From: Deltaproteobacteria bacterium
Lineage (GTDB): Bacteria > Myxococcota > B64-G9
Assembly: GCA_003647095.1 (NCBI GenBank)
Contig: QMME01000003.1
Location: 1-35,756 of the forward strand
Length of the DNA: 35,756 nucleotides
Direction: 5' to 3'
Below are positions 13,203-21,724 of the stretch, piece by piece. Under the pieces are notes generated by a model. That model worked only from the letters and a program-made list of their open reading frames with translations. It was not told the DNA's origin and searched no databases. Position numbers and translations under genes: made by a program. Every line of letters starts with the position of its first letter. Positions within the stretch are counted from its first letter, which is position 1.

Positions 13203-13585
13203 GCGCCAAGAAGGTCATCCTGCTCGACGATGAGCCCATCGTCGGTGAGCGGTTGCAGCCGGCACTGGAGAAGGCCGGGTTCCAGGTGGAAAGCTACACC
13301 GACAGCCAGCAGGTGGTGGATCGGTTGGCCCGGGAGCGCTTCGACGTGCTGGTGACAGATCTGAAGATGCGCAAGCCGGACGGGTTGGAGGTCATGCGCT
13401 TTGCCAAGCGCCAGTGGCCGGGTATCAAGGTCATCATCATCACCGGCTTCGCCACCGTGGAGACCGCCACCGAGGCCATGCGCGAGGGGGCGGTGGAATT
13501 CATCGCCAAGCCGTTCAAGATCAGGGCCTTGCGCGATCTCATCTTGCGGATAACAGCGGATACGGAACAATCTCCCCCGTCCTGA
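13199..13585 (+). CDS. Stand-alone response regulator receiver
   Basis: ILLDDE, LVTDLKM, IIITG, AKPF; GTGA overlap with previous stop. Confidence 0.93.
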   Translation: MSAKKVILLDDEPIVGERLQPALEKAGFQVESYTDSQQVVDRLARERFDVLVTDLKMRKPDGLEVMRFAKRQWPGIKVIIITGFATVETATEAMREGAVEFIAKPFKIRALRDLILRITADTEQSPPS

Positions 13586-13635
13586 TTGACCCGGAAACAA
13601 GCGCCGTCGGGGCGGGAGATTCTCCGCCGGGGTGG

Positions 13636-14313
13636 TCAACTCCCGGTACCGGGCGGGCGCAGGCGGCCGGCATGAATGTCTGCGCGGCGCGCGGGCAGGT
13701 CGGCCGAAGCCCGTTCCAGGTGGCTGGCCATGAGTATGCTTACCCCCTGCCGTTCGACCAGGTTCCTGATCAGCTCGAGCACCCGCTCGCGGACAACCTC
13801 GTCGAGCGAGGCGGTAACCTCGTCGAGCAGCAGTCCCGGGCAGTCGAGCACCAGGGCCCGGGCCAGGGCCACCAGCTTCTGCTCGCCCACAGAGAGCCGG
13901 TCGGCCCGCCGGCCGGCCAGGTGGGCGATACCCAGCTGCTCGAGCACGGCCCGGGCGCGTTGCCGCCGTTGCGGGCGCGGCACCCCGCGCAGGCGCAATC
14001 CGTAGGTGGTGTTACGCAGCACCGAGGTGGCGAACAGGTAGGGTGTTTGCTGCACCAGGGCCAGGCGCCGGCGTAGCTGCATGGGGGCCGGGGCCGTCCC
14101 CCGGTGAAAGGGTTTTCCCTGGAGGTGGATCGTTCCGGCCTCGAGATCGAGCAAGCCGGCCGCTGCCAGGATCAGGGTGCTCTTGCCGCTGCCGTTCTCA
14201 CCGCAGAGCAGGACCAGTTCGCCGCGACCCACGCTCAGTTCGTCGATGTGCAACACCGGCTGGCCGCCCCGCCGGACGCGCAGGTCCCGTATCGACAGGA
14301 AGGGTTCGCTCAT
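13636..14313 (-). CDS. tupC: Tungstate ABC transporter ATP-binding subunit
   Basis: Real start MSEPFLSIRDL at 14313 (overlaps tupB stop); GENGSGKST, Q-loop VQQTP, LSVGEQK, LLLDE, H-loop ASH. Confidence 0.82.
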   Translation of the reverse strand: MSEPFLSIRDLRVRRGGQPVLHIDELSVGRGELVLLCGENGSGKSTLILAAAGLLDLEAGTIHLQGKPFHRGTAPAPMQLRRRLALVQQTPYLFATSVLRNTTYGLRLRGVPRPQRRQRARAVLEQLGIAHLAGRRADRLSVGEQKLVALARALVLDCPGLLLDEVTASLDEVVRERVLELIRNLVERQGVSILMASHLERASADLPARRADIHAGRLRPPGTGS

Positions 14314-15002
14314 TTTTCCCCCCGCCGGCTCTGCAACATGCTGGCGGTCAGGTTGACCGCCAGGGCCACAACCAGCAGCACCACTCCCAGGGCCACCCCG
14401 CGGGCGAACTCTCCCTTGCCGGTCTCGAAGGCGATGCCGGTGGTGATGTTGCGGGTGGTGCCGCGAATATTGCCACCCACCATCATGGAGATACCCACCT
14501 CGGCGAACACCCGCCCGAAACCGGCGGCCACGGCGGCCACCAGGGCGGTGCGCATCTCCAGGGCCACCACCCGGGCAGCGCGCAGCCGCCCACCGCCCAG
14601 GCCCAGCACGGTGTGGCCGATACGGGGATCGGCCCGTTCCACGGCGGCCGCGCACAGGCCCACGATGATGGGAAAGGCCAGGATCACCTGGCCGACTACC
14701 ATGGCACCGCGGGTGTAGAGCAGGTTCAGCTCTCCCAGCGGACCGCGCCGGGTCAGAAACGCGTAGACCAGCAGGCCCACCAGCACCGTGGGCAGGGCCA
14801 TCAGGGTGTTGGCCAGTCCCAGCACCAGCCGGCGGCCGCGAAAGCGCCCCAGACCCAGGGCCAGCCCGGCCGGCAGGGCCAGCACGGTGGCCAGGCCGGT
14901 CGAGGTAAGCGACACGCTCAACGACACCCACACCGGACCCCATACCTCCGGGTCCAGCCGCAGCAGCAGGGAAATTCCCTGGACGGTTCCTTCCGCGATC
15001 AT
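14310..15002 (-). CDS. tupB: Tungstate ABC transporter permease
   Basis: NTLMALPTVLVGL, RRGPLG, AGFGRVFAEVGISMMVGGNIRGTTRNITTGIAFETGKGEF typical of TupB. Confidence 0.9.
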   Translation of the reverse strand: MIAEGTVQGISLLLRLDPEVWGPVWVSLSVSLTSTGLATVLALPAGLALGLGRFRGRRLVLGLANTLMALPTVLVGLLVYAFLTRRGPLGELNLLYTRGAMVVGQVILAFPIIVGLCAAAVERADPRIGHTVLGLGGGRLRAARVVALEMRTALVAAVAAGFGRVFAEVGISMMVGGNIRGTTRNITTGIAFETGKGEFARGVALGVVLLVVALAVNLTASMLQSRRGEK

Positions 15003-15009
15003 GACCCGG

Positions 15010-15897
15010 TTACGGGGACGGCGCCGGAGGAGGCGGCGTCACGGAGTTGCCGGCCGGCGCCGGCGGTTGCTGGCCGGGGGCCAGGGGGTGAAAGAGGACC
15101 CTGCCGCCCACCTTGAAGCCGGCGATCATCTGGCGGGCCCGGGGAGATTGCAGCCATCCCAGCAGGGCCAGTGCCTCGGGCAGGTGGGCCTGGGGATGCT
15201 TGACCGGGTTTACGGCCATGAACGAGTAGGGGTTTTGCAGCCGGGGATCGCCTTCCACCAGTATCACCAGGTCGAGCGCATCTTCGGCGCTGAGGAAAGT
15301 GGCCCGGTCGGTCAGGCAGTAGGCAGACTTCTCGTCGGCCAGGTTCAGGTTGAGACGCTGGCCGCGACCGGACTCCAGATACCAGCCTCCCCGGGGGTGT
15401 ACCCCCGCCGCCTGCCACAGGCGCAGCTCGGCCCGGTGGGTTCCCGACTGGTCACCGCGGGAGACGAAAGTGGCGGACGCCCGGGCGATCCGGGCCAGTG
15501 CCGCCACGGCATCCCGGCCCCGCACGGCGGCGGGGTCGGCCTGTGGACCCACCAGCACGAAGTCGTTGAACATGATGGTGGCGTGGTGGATGCCGAAGCC
15601 TGCGCCGACGAACTCGTCCTCGGCCTGGCGATCGTGCACCAGCACGGCATCGACGTCGCCGTTGCGGCCCAGTTGCAGCGCCTGGCCGGTACCCACGGCC
15701 AGCACCTGTACCGAGATGCCGCTGCGGGCCTCGAACGGTGGCAGGATGGTCTTGAGCAGGCCGGTGTTGTCCAGCGAGGTAGTGGAAGCCACCCGCAGCA
15801 CCCGGCCAGCACAGGGGCAGTCTCGAGGCTGTTGCCGGCAGGAACAGAGCAGGAGCGCCAGCGCCACGCTGCTTGCCAGTGCGAGTTTTCTTTTCAT
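15010..15897 (-). CDS. tupA: Tungstate ABC transporter substrate-binding lipoprotein
   Basis: ASTTSLDNTGLL (TTTS-like), VGTGQAL, VLVH, MFNDFVLVGP, SRGDQSGTH, LTDRATF; SD AAGGAGG. Confidence 0.92.
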   Translation of the reverse strand: MKRKLALASSVALALLLCSCRQQPRDCPCAGRVLRVASTTSLDNTGLLKTILPPFEARSGISVQVLAVGTGQALQLGRNGDVDAVLVHDRQAEDEFVGAGFGIHHATIMFNDFVLVGPQADPAAVRGRDAVAALARIARASATFVSRGDQSGTHRAELRLWQAAGVHPRGGWYLESGRGQRLNLNLADEKSAYCLTDRATFLSAEDALDLVILVEGDPRLQNPYSFMAVNPVKHPQAHLPEALALLGWLQSPRARQMIAGFKVGGRVLFHPLAPGQQPPAPAGNSVTPPPPAPSP

Positions 15898-15981
15898 CTG
15901 TCGGATCCTCCTTCCATTCCGGCGCCATGATATTTCCCCGGCCGTGACAATGAAAGGGTTGTTTGTGCTAGTATCTGCTCC

Positions 15982-18939
15982 ATGAAAAAAAGGCGCCGAC
16001 AGGCCCGAAACAAGCGGGGACAGGCCCGGGTGCTTGTTACGCTTTTTCAGCTAGTTGCGTTGCTTGCCGGATTGTTGCCGACGGCCTGCCGGCATCCGCT
16101 CGTGTCGGGAACCGACGCGGGCCGGCAGGATGGAGAAGGCGGAGAAGGCGGGGACGGAGGTATGGAAGACAGCGACGGCGACTGGAAGCCGGTGGACGAT
16201 GCCGCAAGTTGCCCGGGACTGGTTGACATCGTCGATGCCGGCACACTGTTGCTTCATCTTGGTGCGGTCGATGTGTACCAGCGGTTTTTCTCCCCGGGAA
16301 TCGTGCAGTTGCGCTACCGTCCGGCCGGCAGTCCGCCCCCACGGCGACCTTCCTGGGCGGTGGTGGCCGAACCCGGGGATGAGGATGTTTCTATAGTATT
16401 TTCAGAAGACTGCCGGCAGGTAGAGGTGTCCAACGACACCTTGCAGGTCGTTGCCTCGGCGGACGGCGCCGTACGGGCCTGGCAGCGTCTTGATGACGGG
16501 GAGTTGGAAAACATCTTCACGGCCAGCGGGCCGGTGCAGTTTCCCGACGCCGGCGGGGTGGTGCTTTCCGTGGTGGGCCCGGAGGGGGAGCATGTCTATG
16601 GCCTGGGCGAAAAGACCGGTCCGCTCGACCGGCGCGGCCGGCACCTGGTATTCCGCAACACCGATCCCCTGGCCGGAGGGGGCGACTACACTCCGGATAG
16701 CGATCCCCTCTACCAATCCATACCTTTTTTCATCGGCTTACGCCGGGGACAGGCCCACGGTGTTTTCCTGGACAACAGCCATCGGCTGGTGATCGACCTG
16801 GCGCGTGATGTGGCTGGCGAGTATCGCCTCGAGGCCGATGGCGGAGACATGAACCTCTTTCTACTGGCCGGGCCGGAAATGGCGCAGGTGCTGGAGCGCT
16901 ACACCTGGCTCACCGGAAGGATGCCTCTGCCACCGCGCTGGACACTGGGATACCACCAATGTCGCTGGAGCTACTGGCCGGATGATCGCGTTCGTCAGGT
17001 AGCCGAAGAATTTCGCAGTCGGGCCATTCCCGCCGATGGTCTCTGGTTGGATATAGACTACATGGACGGCTTCCGTTCCTTTACGTGGGATCCGGCGGGA
17101 TTTTCCGATCCGGCCGGCCTGCTGGCCGATCTTGCTTCCCGGGGATTCAAGACCACGGTGATAATCGACCCCGGCCTGAAGCACGATCCGGACTGGGATG
17201 TTTACCAGCAGGGGATTGCCGGAGACCACTTGTTGCACAGTCCCGACGGATCCGTTTTCGTGGGCGAGGTGTGGCCCGGCGAGGCGGTGTTTCCAGACTT
17301 TTCCTCGCCGGCCGCGCGTGACTGGTGGGCCGGGCTGGTACCGAGACTGATCCGAACAGGGGTGCGGGGCCTGTGGATCGACATGAACGAACCGGCGTCA
17401 TTCAGGGCCGTAGACGGATACACCGTTCCGGACGAGGTCCTGGCCCGGGGCGAGGGGGAAGCTACTACCATGGCCGAGGTACACAACGTCTATGCCCTGC
17501 TCATGGCCAAGGCCACCCGTCAGGGAATGGAACAGGCCGCTCCGGACCGGCGTCCTTTTATCCTCACCCGGGCGGGATTCGCCGGAATACAACGCTACGC
17601 CGCCGTCTGGACCGGGGATACCCCGTCGAGTTGGCCCATGTTGCGGACCAGCCTGTCGCTCGTGTTGTCTCTGGGGCTTTCCGGGGTTGCCTTCTGTGGC
17701 AGCGACGTCGGGGGGTTTTCCGGCGGGGCCACGCCGGAGCTGTTTGCGCGCTGGCTGGAACTGGGCTCGCTGAGCCCATTCTTCCGCGGCCACGTGCAGA
17801 CGGGGGCTCCCGACCAGGAACCCTGGGCCTTCGGAGTCGAGGTCGAGGACATCAGTCGCTCGACAATCGGCCTGCGCTACCGGCTGCTGCCCTACTTGTA
17901 TTCCCTGTTTCAGCGGTCCGCGCAGACGGGGGAGCCGGTACTGGCTCCGCTGCTGTTTCACTACCAGCACGATTCCGCCACCTGGGAAATCGAGGATCAG
18001 GCCATGCTGGGTCCCTGGTTGCTGGTGGCGCCGATCATGGAACAGGGGGCCCAGAGCCGTACCCTGTATCTGCCCGCGGGGCGGTGGTACGAGTTGCATT
18101 CCGGCCGCCTGTACCAGGGACCGGCCACCATTACCCGGCGGGTTTCCCTGGCTGCCTTGCCCGTGTTCGTGCGCTCGGGTGCCATCCTGCCGCTGGCGCC
18201 GCTGTTGCAGTGGAGCGACCAGGCACCGCTGGACCGACTGGAGCTGTGGCTGTATCCCGACCGGCAGGAATCGCTTTTTTATCTCTACGAAGACGACGGT
18301 GACTCGACCGCCTACCGGAGTGGCGAATTCTGCCTCAGCGAATACCGCCTGCTACGCACCGCCAGCGGAGCCTCTCTGGTGGCCCGCCGGCGGGGAAACT
18401 ACCATCCCCCGACACGCCCGCTGGTGATTCGTGTTCGTCCCCTGGCCAGACCCCCGGTGGCGGTGTCTGTCGATGCCGTGGCTCTCGCGGAAAGGTCGAG
18501 CAGGGAGGATCTGGAAAGTGTCGGGCGGGGCTGGTGGCTTGACGAAAACGATGGCTCCCTGTGGGTAATTTTCGAAGACCGGGCTGAATTCACGCTGGAG
18601 CTGACCTACGAAGGGGATGAATCGCCATCTCCCACGGTGTGCATGCCCTTTTCCGTGACCGTTCCCGCGGCAACGCCCGCCCAGGAGGGTATCTACCTGG
18701 CACTGTCCACGAACGGCTGGCAGCAGCGGTTCCTGGGCCCGGTGGGGCAAGGCGGTCGCGTGGAGGGTTGTCTCGAGGTTCCGCGTGGTGAGTGGTTCGA
18801 GTACAAGTACACCCGTGGCGACTGGTCAACGGTCGAAAAGTGGACCGGCTGTCTCGAAGCCAGTAACCGCTACGCCCTGGGTGTGGCCCTTCCGGTAAAG
18901 AACGATACCGTGGAGACCTGGGCCGACTGGTGCCAGTAG
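15982..18939 (+). CDS. GH31 alpha-glucosidase-like enzyme, probably exported, with C-terminal CBM20-like module
   Basis: YGLGEK, LYQSIPF, GYHQCRWSY, WLDIDYM, WIDMNEP (nucleophile), WTGD (acid/base), DVGGF, YEDDG; tail FEYKYTRGDW..VEK...NR. Start codon uncertain. Confidence 0.93.
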   Translation: MKKRRRQARNKRGQARVLVTLFQLVALLAGLLPTACRHPLVSGTDAGRQDGEGGEGGDGGMEDSDGDWKPVDDAASCPGLVDIVDAGTLLLHLGAVDVYQRFFSPGIVQLRYRPAGSPPPRRPSWAVVAEPGDEDVSIVFSEDCRQVEVSNDTLQVVASADGAVRAWQRLDDGELENIFTASGPVQFPDAGGVVLSVVGPEGEHVYGLGEKTGPLDRRGRHLVFRNTDPLAGGGDYTPDSDPLYQSIPFFIGLRRGQAHGVFLDNSHRLVIDLARDVAGEYRLEADGGDMNLFLLAGPEMAQVLERYTWLTGRMPLPPRWTLGYHQCRWSYWPDDRVRQVAEEFRSRAIPADGLWLDIDYMDGFRSFTWDPAGFSDPAGLLADLASRGFKTTVIIDPGLKHDPDWDVYQQGIAGDHLLHSPDGSVFVGEVWPGEAVFPDFSSPAARDWWAGLVPRLIRTGVRGLWIDMNEPASFRAVDGYTVPDEVLARGEGEATTMAEVHNVYALLMAKATRQGMEQAAPDRRPFILTRAGFAGIQRYAAVWTGDTPSSWPMLRTSLSLVLSLGLSGVAFCGSDVGGFSGGATPELFARWLELGSLSPFFRGHVQTGAPDQEPWAFGVEVEDISRSTIGLRYRLLPYLYSLFQRSAQTGEPVLAPLLFHYQHDSATWEIEDQAMLGPWLLVAPIMEQGAQSRTLYLPAGRWYELHSGRLYQGPATITRRVSLAALPVFVRSGAILPLAPLLQWSDQAPLDRLELWLYPDRQESLFYLYEDDGDSTAYRSGEFCLSEYRLLRTASGASLVARRRGNYHPPTRPLVIRVRPLARPPVAVSVDAVALAERSSREDLESVGRGWWLDENDGSLWVIFEDRAEFTLELTYEGDESPSPTVCMPFSVTVPAATPAQEGIYLALSTNGWQQRFLGPVGQGGRVEGCLEVPRGEWFEYKYTRGDWSTVEKWTGCLEASNRYALGVALPVKNDTVETWADWCQ

Positions 18940-18940
18940 A

Positions 18941-19071
18941 CCCGGCATTTCCCGCCTCGGCCGCAATCTCCGCGTCGCTGCTGCGAAAATGGTCCTCGAC
19001 GTAGTTGCACTACGACTGCGGCCATTTTCTTGCATCTCCTCGATCTTGCTGGCCGAGGTGGGAAATCCGGG
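18941..19071 (+). repeat. 131-nt nested inverted repeat (REP/MITE-like element or structured RNA)
   Basis: CCCGG-c-ATTTCCCGCCTCGGCC pairs with GGCCGAGGTGGGAAAT-CCGGG; GAAAATGGTC with GGCCATTTTC; CGTAGT-tgc-ACTACG at the apex. Confidence 0.8.
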
Positions 19072-19085
19072 AGGGTTGAGTTGCA

Positions 19086-19114
19086 TTGACAGGTGCTCCG
19101 CCGCGGGCTAGCGT
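19086..19114 (+). promoter_or_regulatory. Sigma70-type promoter of Lon-like gene
   Basis: TTGACA-17 nt-TAGCGT, about 40 nt upstream of ATG 19153. Confidence 0.55.
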
Positions 19115-19152
19115 GCGGAAAGCAAGGGGTATCCGTGGTAATGGGAGGATGC

Positions 19153-21582
19153 ATGGAATTGAAATCGGCAACCAACTCGAAGAGACTGCGCATTTCGCCG
19201 AAACGGCTGCGCCGGCGCATCAACCCCCGCCAGCTTCCCGGCCCCAAGGCCTACGGCAAGCATCGCACCCACATCATTGGCCAGGAACGGGCCATCGAGT
19301 CCATGCAACTGGGACTGCGCATCGAAAGCCCCGGCTACAACGTCTTCGTGTCCGGCCCCTCCGGCAGCGGCAAGATGACCACCACCAGGCACGTACTGGC
19401 CGAGTTCAAGCAGCCGCGGCGGCCCCTGCGCGACTATGCCTACGTGCAGAATTTTCTCGAGCCCGATCGACCGCGCCTGCTGATACTGGATCCCGGAGAC
19501 GGTGCCCGGCTCAAGAAAGGCATGGAGCGGCTGATCAAGTCGCTGCAGCGGGAATTGCCCAAGGCCCTGGGCACGGAAGCCTACCACAAGGAACGCGATC
19601 GCCTGCTCAACGATTACCAGGGCCAGGAGCACGAACTGGTAACGGCCTTCCAGCGCAAGGCCCGGCGCCAGGGCTTCGCCCTGGTGGAGATGCAGGGTGG
19701 ACCAACGGTCGAACACGATGTACTGCCGATAGTCGATGGCGAGCCGGTCCCCCTGCCGGTCCTGGAAGAACAGGAGGCGGAGGGCAAGCTCAGTAGCAAG
19801 CGCTTCAGCCAGTTGGCCAAGCGCCACCAGCGCCTGCGCTCGGAAATGGAACAGGTGGCGCGTCGTACTCGTTCGCTGGCCCGCGAGTTGAACAGCGACC
19901 TGGAAGCCCTCGACCGCCGGGTGGGCGGCGTGGTCATCGACAACCTCATCGAGGAACTGGCGGAGCAGTTTCACAACGAGTCGGTGAGTGACTACCTGGA
20001 CGAGGTCAAGGAGTTTCTGCTGGATCGCATTCCCGCCCTGGCCGGCCGGCTGGAAGACGGCGAGGAGGGTGCCGGCAGCGGCGAACTGATGGTGGATCCC
20101 TTCGCTCCCCTGCAGGTCAACGTGGTGCTTACCAATGCCCACCGCAAGGGCTGCCCGGTGGTGTTCGAGCCGTCACCCACGGTGGCCCGCCTGCTGGGCA
20201 CCATCGAGCGCAGCACCGACGATTCCGGCCGGGTGGAGGTTGACTTCATGAGCATCAGGGCCGGATCCCTGCTGCGGGCCAACGGGGGGTTCCTGCTGCT
20301 GAAGGCGGACGATCTGCTCGGGGAGCCGGGAGCCTGGAAGATCCTCAAGCAGGCCCTTTCCACCGGCCAGCTGGAGATTCGTCCCCCCGAGGGTCCCATG
20401 GCCATGATCAGCACCGGACTCAAGCCGGATCCCATCCCCCTGGACGTGAAGATCATTCTCCAGGGCGACGACATGCTCTACCGGGCTCTTTACCTGGCCG
20501 AGGATGATTTCAAGAAGACCTTCAAGGTGAAGGCGGAATTCGATGATGTCATGGAGTGTCGGGCCTCCACCCTGGAGAAGTTCCTGGCCTTCGTGCAGCG
20601 GGTGGTACAGGAAGAAGATCTGGCCCACCCCAACCGCCGGGCGGTGGCCGAACTCGTCGAGGAGATGATGCGCGAGGCCGAGGACCAGCAGAAATTGAGC
20701 ACCCGTTTCCGGGTGGTGGCGGATCTGCTGCGCGAGGCCACCTACTGGGCGCGCCGGGCCGGGCGCCGAACCATCACCCGGGCCGAGATCGCCCGGGCCA
20801 TCAGCCAGCGCCGCCGTCGTGTCAACCTGGCCGAGGAAAAATACCGCGAGGACATCGAGCGGGACGTGGTGATGGTATCGACCAGCGGCAGCCGGGTGGG
20901 CCAGGTAAACGGCCTGGCCGTGTTCGACCTGGGAGACTACAGTTTCGGCAAGCCCTGCCGGATAACCGCCTCGGCCGGCGTGGGTCGCCAGGGAGTGGTC
21001 AATATCGAGAGGGAGGCCGGCCTGTCGGGCGCCATCCACGACAAGGGGGTGTACATCCTGGGAGGTTTCCTGTCCGAGAGGTTCGGGCGCGACTTTCCGC
21101 TGACCCTGGATGCGCGGATATGCTTCGAGCAGAGCTACAGCGAGATCGACGGCGACAGTGCCTCCTCCAGCGAGGTCTTCGCCCTGCTCAGCAGCCTGGC
21201 CCGGGTGCCGCTGTCGCAGGCCATTGCCGTCACCGGTTCGATCAACCAGCGGGGCCAGCTGCAGCCCATCGGCGGAGTGAACCAGAAGATCGAGGGGTTC
21301 TTCGACATCTGCCAGGCCCGCGGGCTGGATGGAAGTCACGGGGTGATCATCCCCCGGGGCAACCTGCACAACCTGATGCTGCGCCACGAAGTCGTCGAGG
21401 CCGTGCGGCGAGGCCGCTTCCACGTCTGGGCGGCCGCCACCGTCGACGAGGGAATGGAGTTGCTGACCGGGGTGCGGGCGGGCCGGCCGGGGCGCAAGGG
21501 CGTCTATCCGCCGGGTACCCTCAATCGCCTGGTGGCCGATCGCCTGCGCCGCATGGCCGAGACTTACCGTGATTTCAGCTGA
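19153..21582 (+). CDS. Lon-family (LonC-like) protease with AAA-like domain
   Basis: IIGQERA, GPSGSGKMT, IRAGSLLRANGGFL, FKVKAEFD, VGQVNGL, FEQSYSEIDGDSASS (catalytic Ser), IGGVNQKIEGF (catalytic Lys). Start 19153 has SD GGAGG. Confidence 0.92.
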   Translation: MELKSATNSKRLRISPKRLRRRINPRQLPGPKAYGKHRTHIIGQERAIESMQLGLRIESPGYNVFVSGPSGSGKMTTTRHVLAEFKQPRRPLRDYAYVQNFLEPDRPRLLILDPGDGARLKKGMERLIKSLQRELPKALGTEAYHKERDRLLNDYQGQEHELVTAFQRKARRQGFALVEMQGGPTVEHDVLPIVDGEPVPLPVLEEQEAEGKLSSKRFSQLAKRHQRLRSEMEQVARRTRSLARELNSDLEALDRRVGGVVIDNLIEELAEQFHNESVSDYLDEVKEFLLDRIPALAGRLEDGEEGAGSGELMVDPFAPLQVNVVLTNAHRKGCPVVFEPSPTVARLLGTIERSTDDSGRVEVDFMSIRAGSLLRANGGFLLLKADDLLGEPGAWKILKQALSTGQLEIRPPEGPMAMISTGLKPDPIPLDVKIILQGDDMLYRALYLAEDDFKKTFKVKAEFDDVMECRASTLEKFLAFVQRVVQEEDLAHPNRRAVAELVEEMMREAEDQQKLSTRFRVVADLLREATYWARRAGRRTITRAEIARAISQRRRRVNLAEEKYREDIERDVVMVSTSGSRVGQVNGLAVFDLGDYSFGKPCRITASAGVGRQGVVNIEREAGLSGAIHDKGVYILGGFLSERFGRDFPLTLDARICFEQSYSEIDGDSASSSEVFALLSSLARVPLSQAIAVTGSINQRGQLQPIGGVNQKIEGFFDICQARGLDGSHGVIIPRGNLHNLMLRHEVVEAVRRGRFHVWAAATVDEGMELLTGVRAGRPGRKGVYPPGTLNRLVADRLRRMAETYRDFS

Positions 21583-21658
21583 GGGGGCGATCCGCCGGAC
21601 GGGGCACCACGCCCCCGCCACCGGTCCGCCTCGCCGTTGCCGCCCGGTAAATATTGGG

Positions 21659-21688
21659 TTGACTCGGCGCGGCAGACCGGCCTACCAT
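21659..21688 (+). promoter_or_regulatory. Sigma70-type promoter of lipoprotein gene
   Basis: TTGACT-18 nt-TACCAT upstream of SD GGAGG and ATG 21725. Confidence 0.45.
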
Positions 21689-21724
21689 TTTCCCCCTGAG
21701 TGATAACCCCAGAAGGGAGGATTC

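Noticed and set aside
13636-14943. 435-aa ORF as an N-terminally extended ABC ATPase
   Set aside because: The first 210 codons overlap tupB out of frame; real start is ATG 14313, coupled to the tupB stop.
18941-19071. Assignment as 6S RNA or intrinsic terminator
   Set aside because: Shorter than typical 6S, no usual zapA/ygfA context, and no U-tract; kept only as an unassigned structured element.
19093-19152. GTG 19093 as start of the Lon-like gene
   Set aside because: It lies inside the predicted promoter spacer; ATG 19153 has a clear SD.
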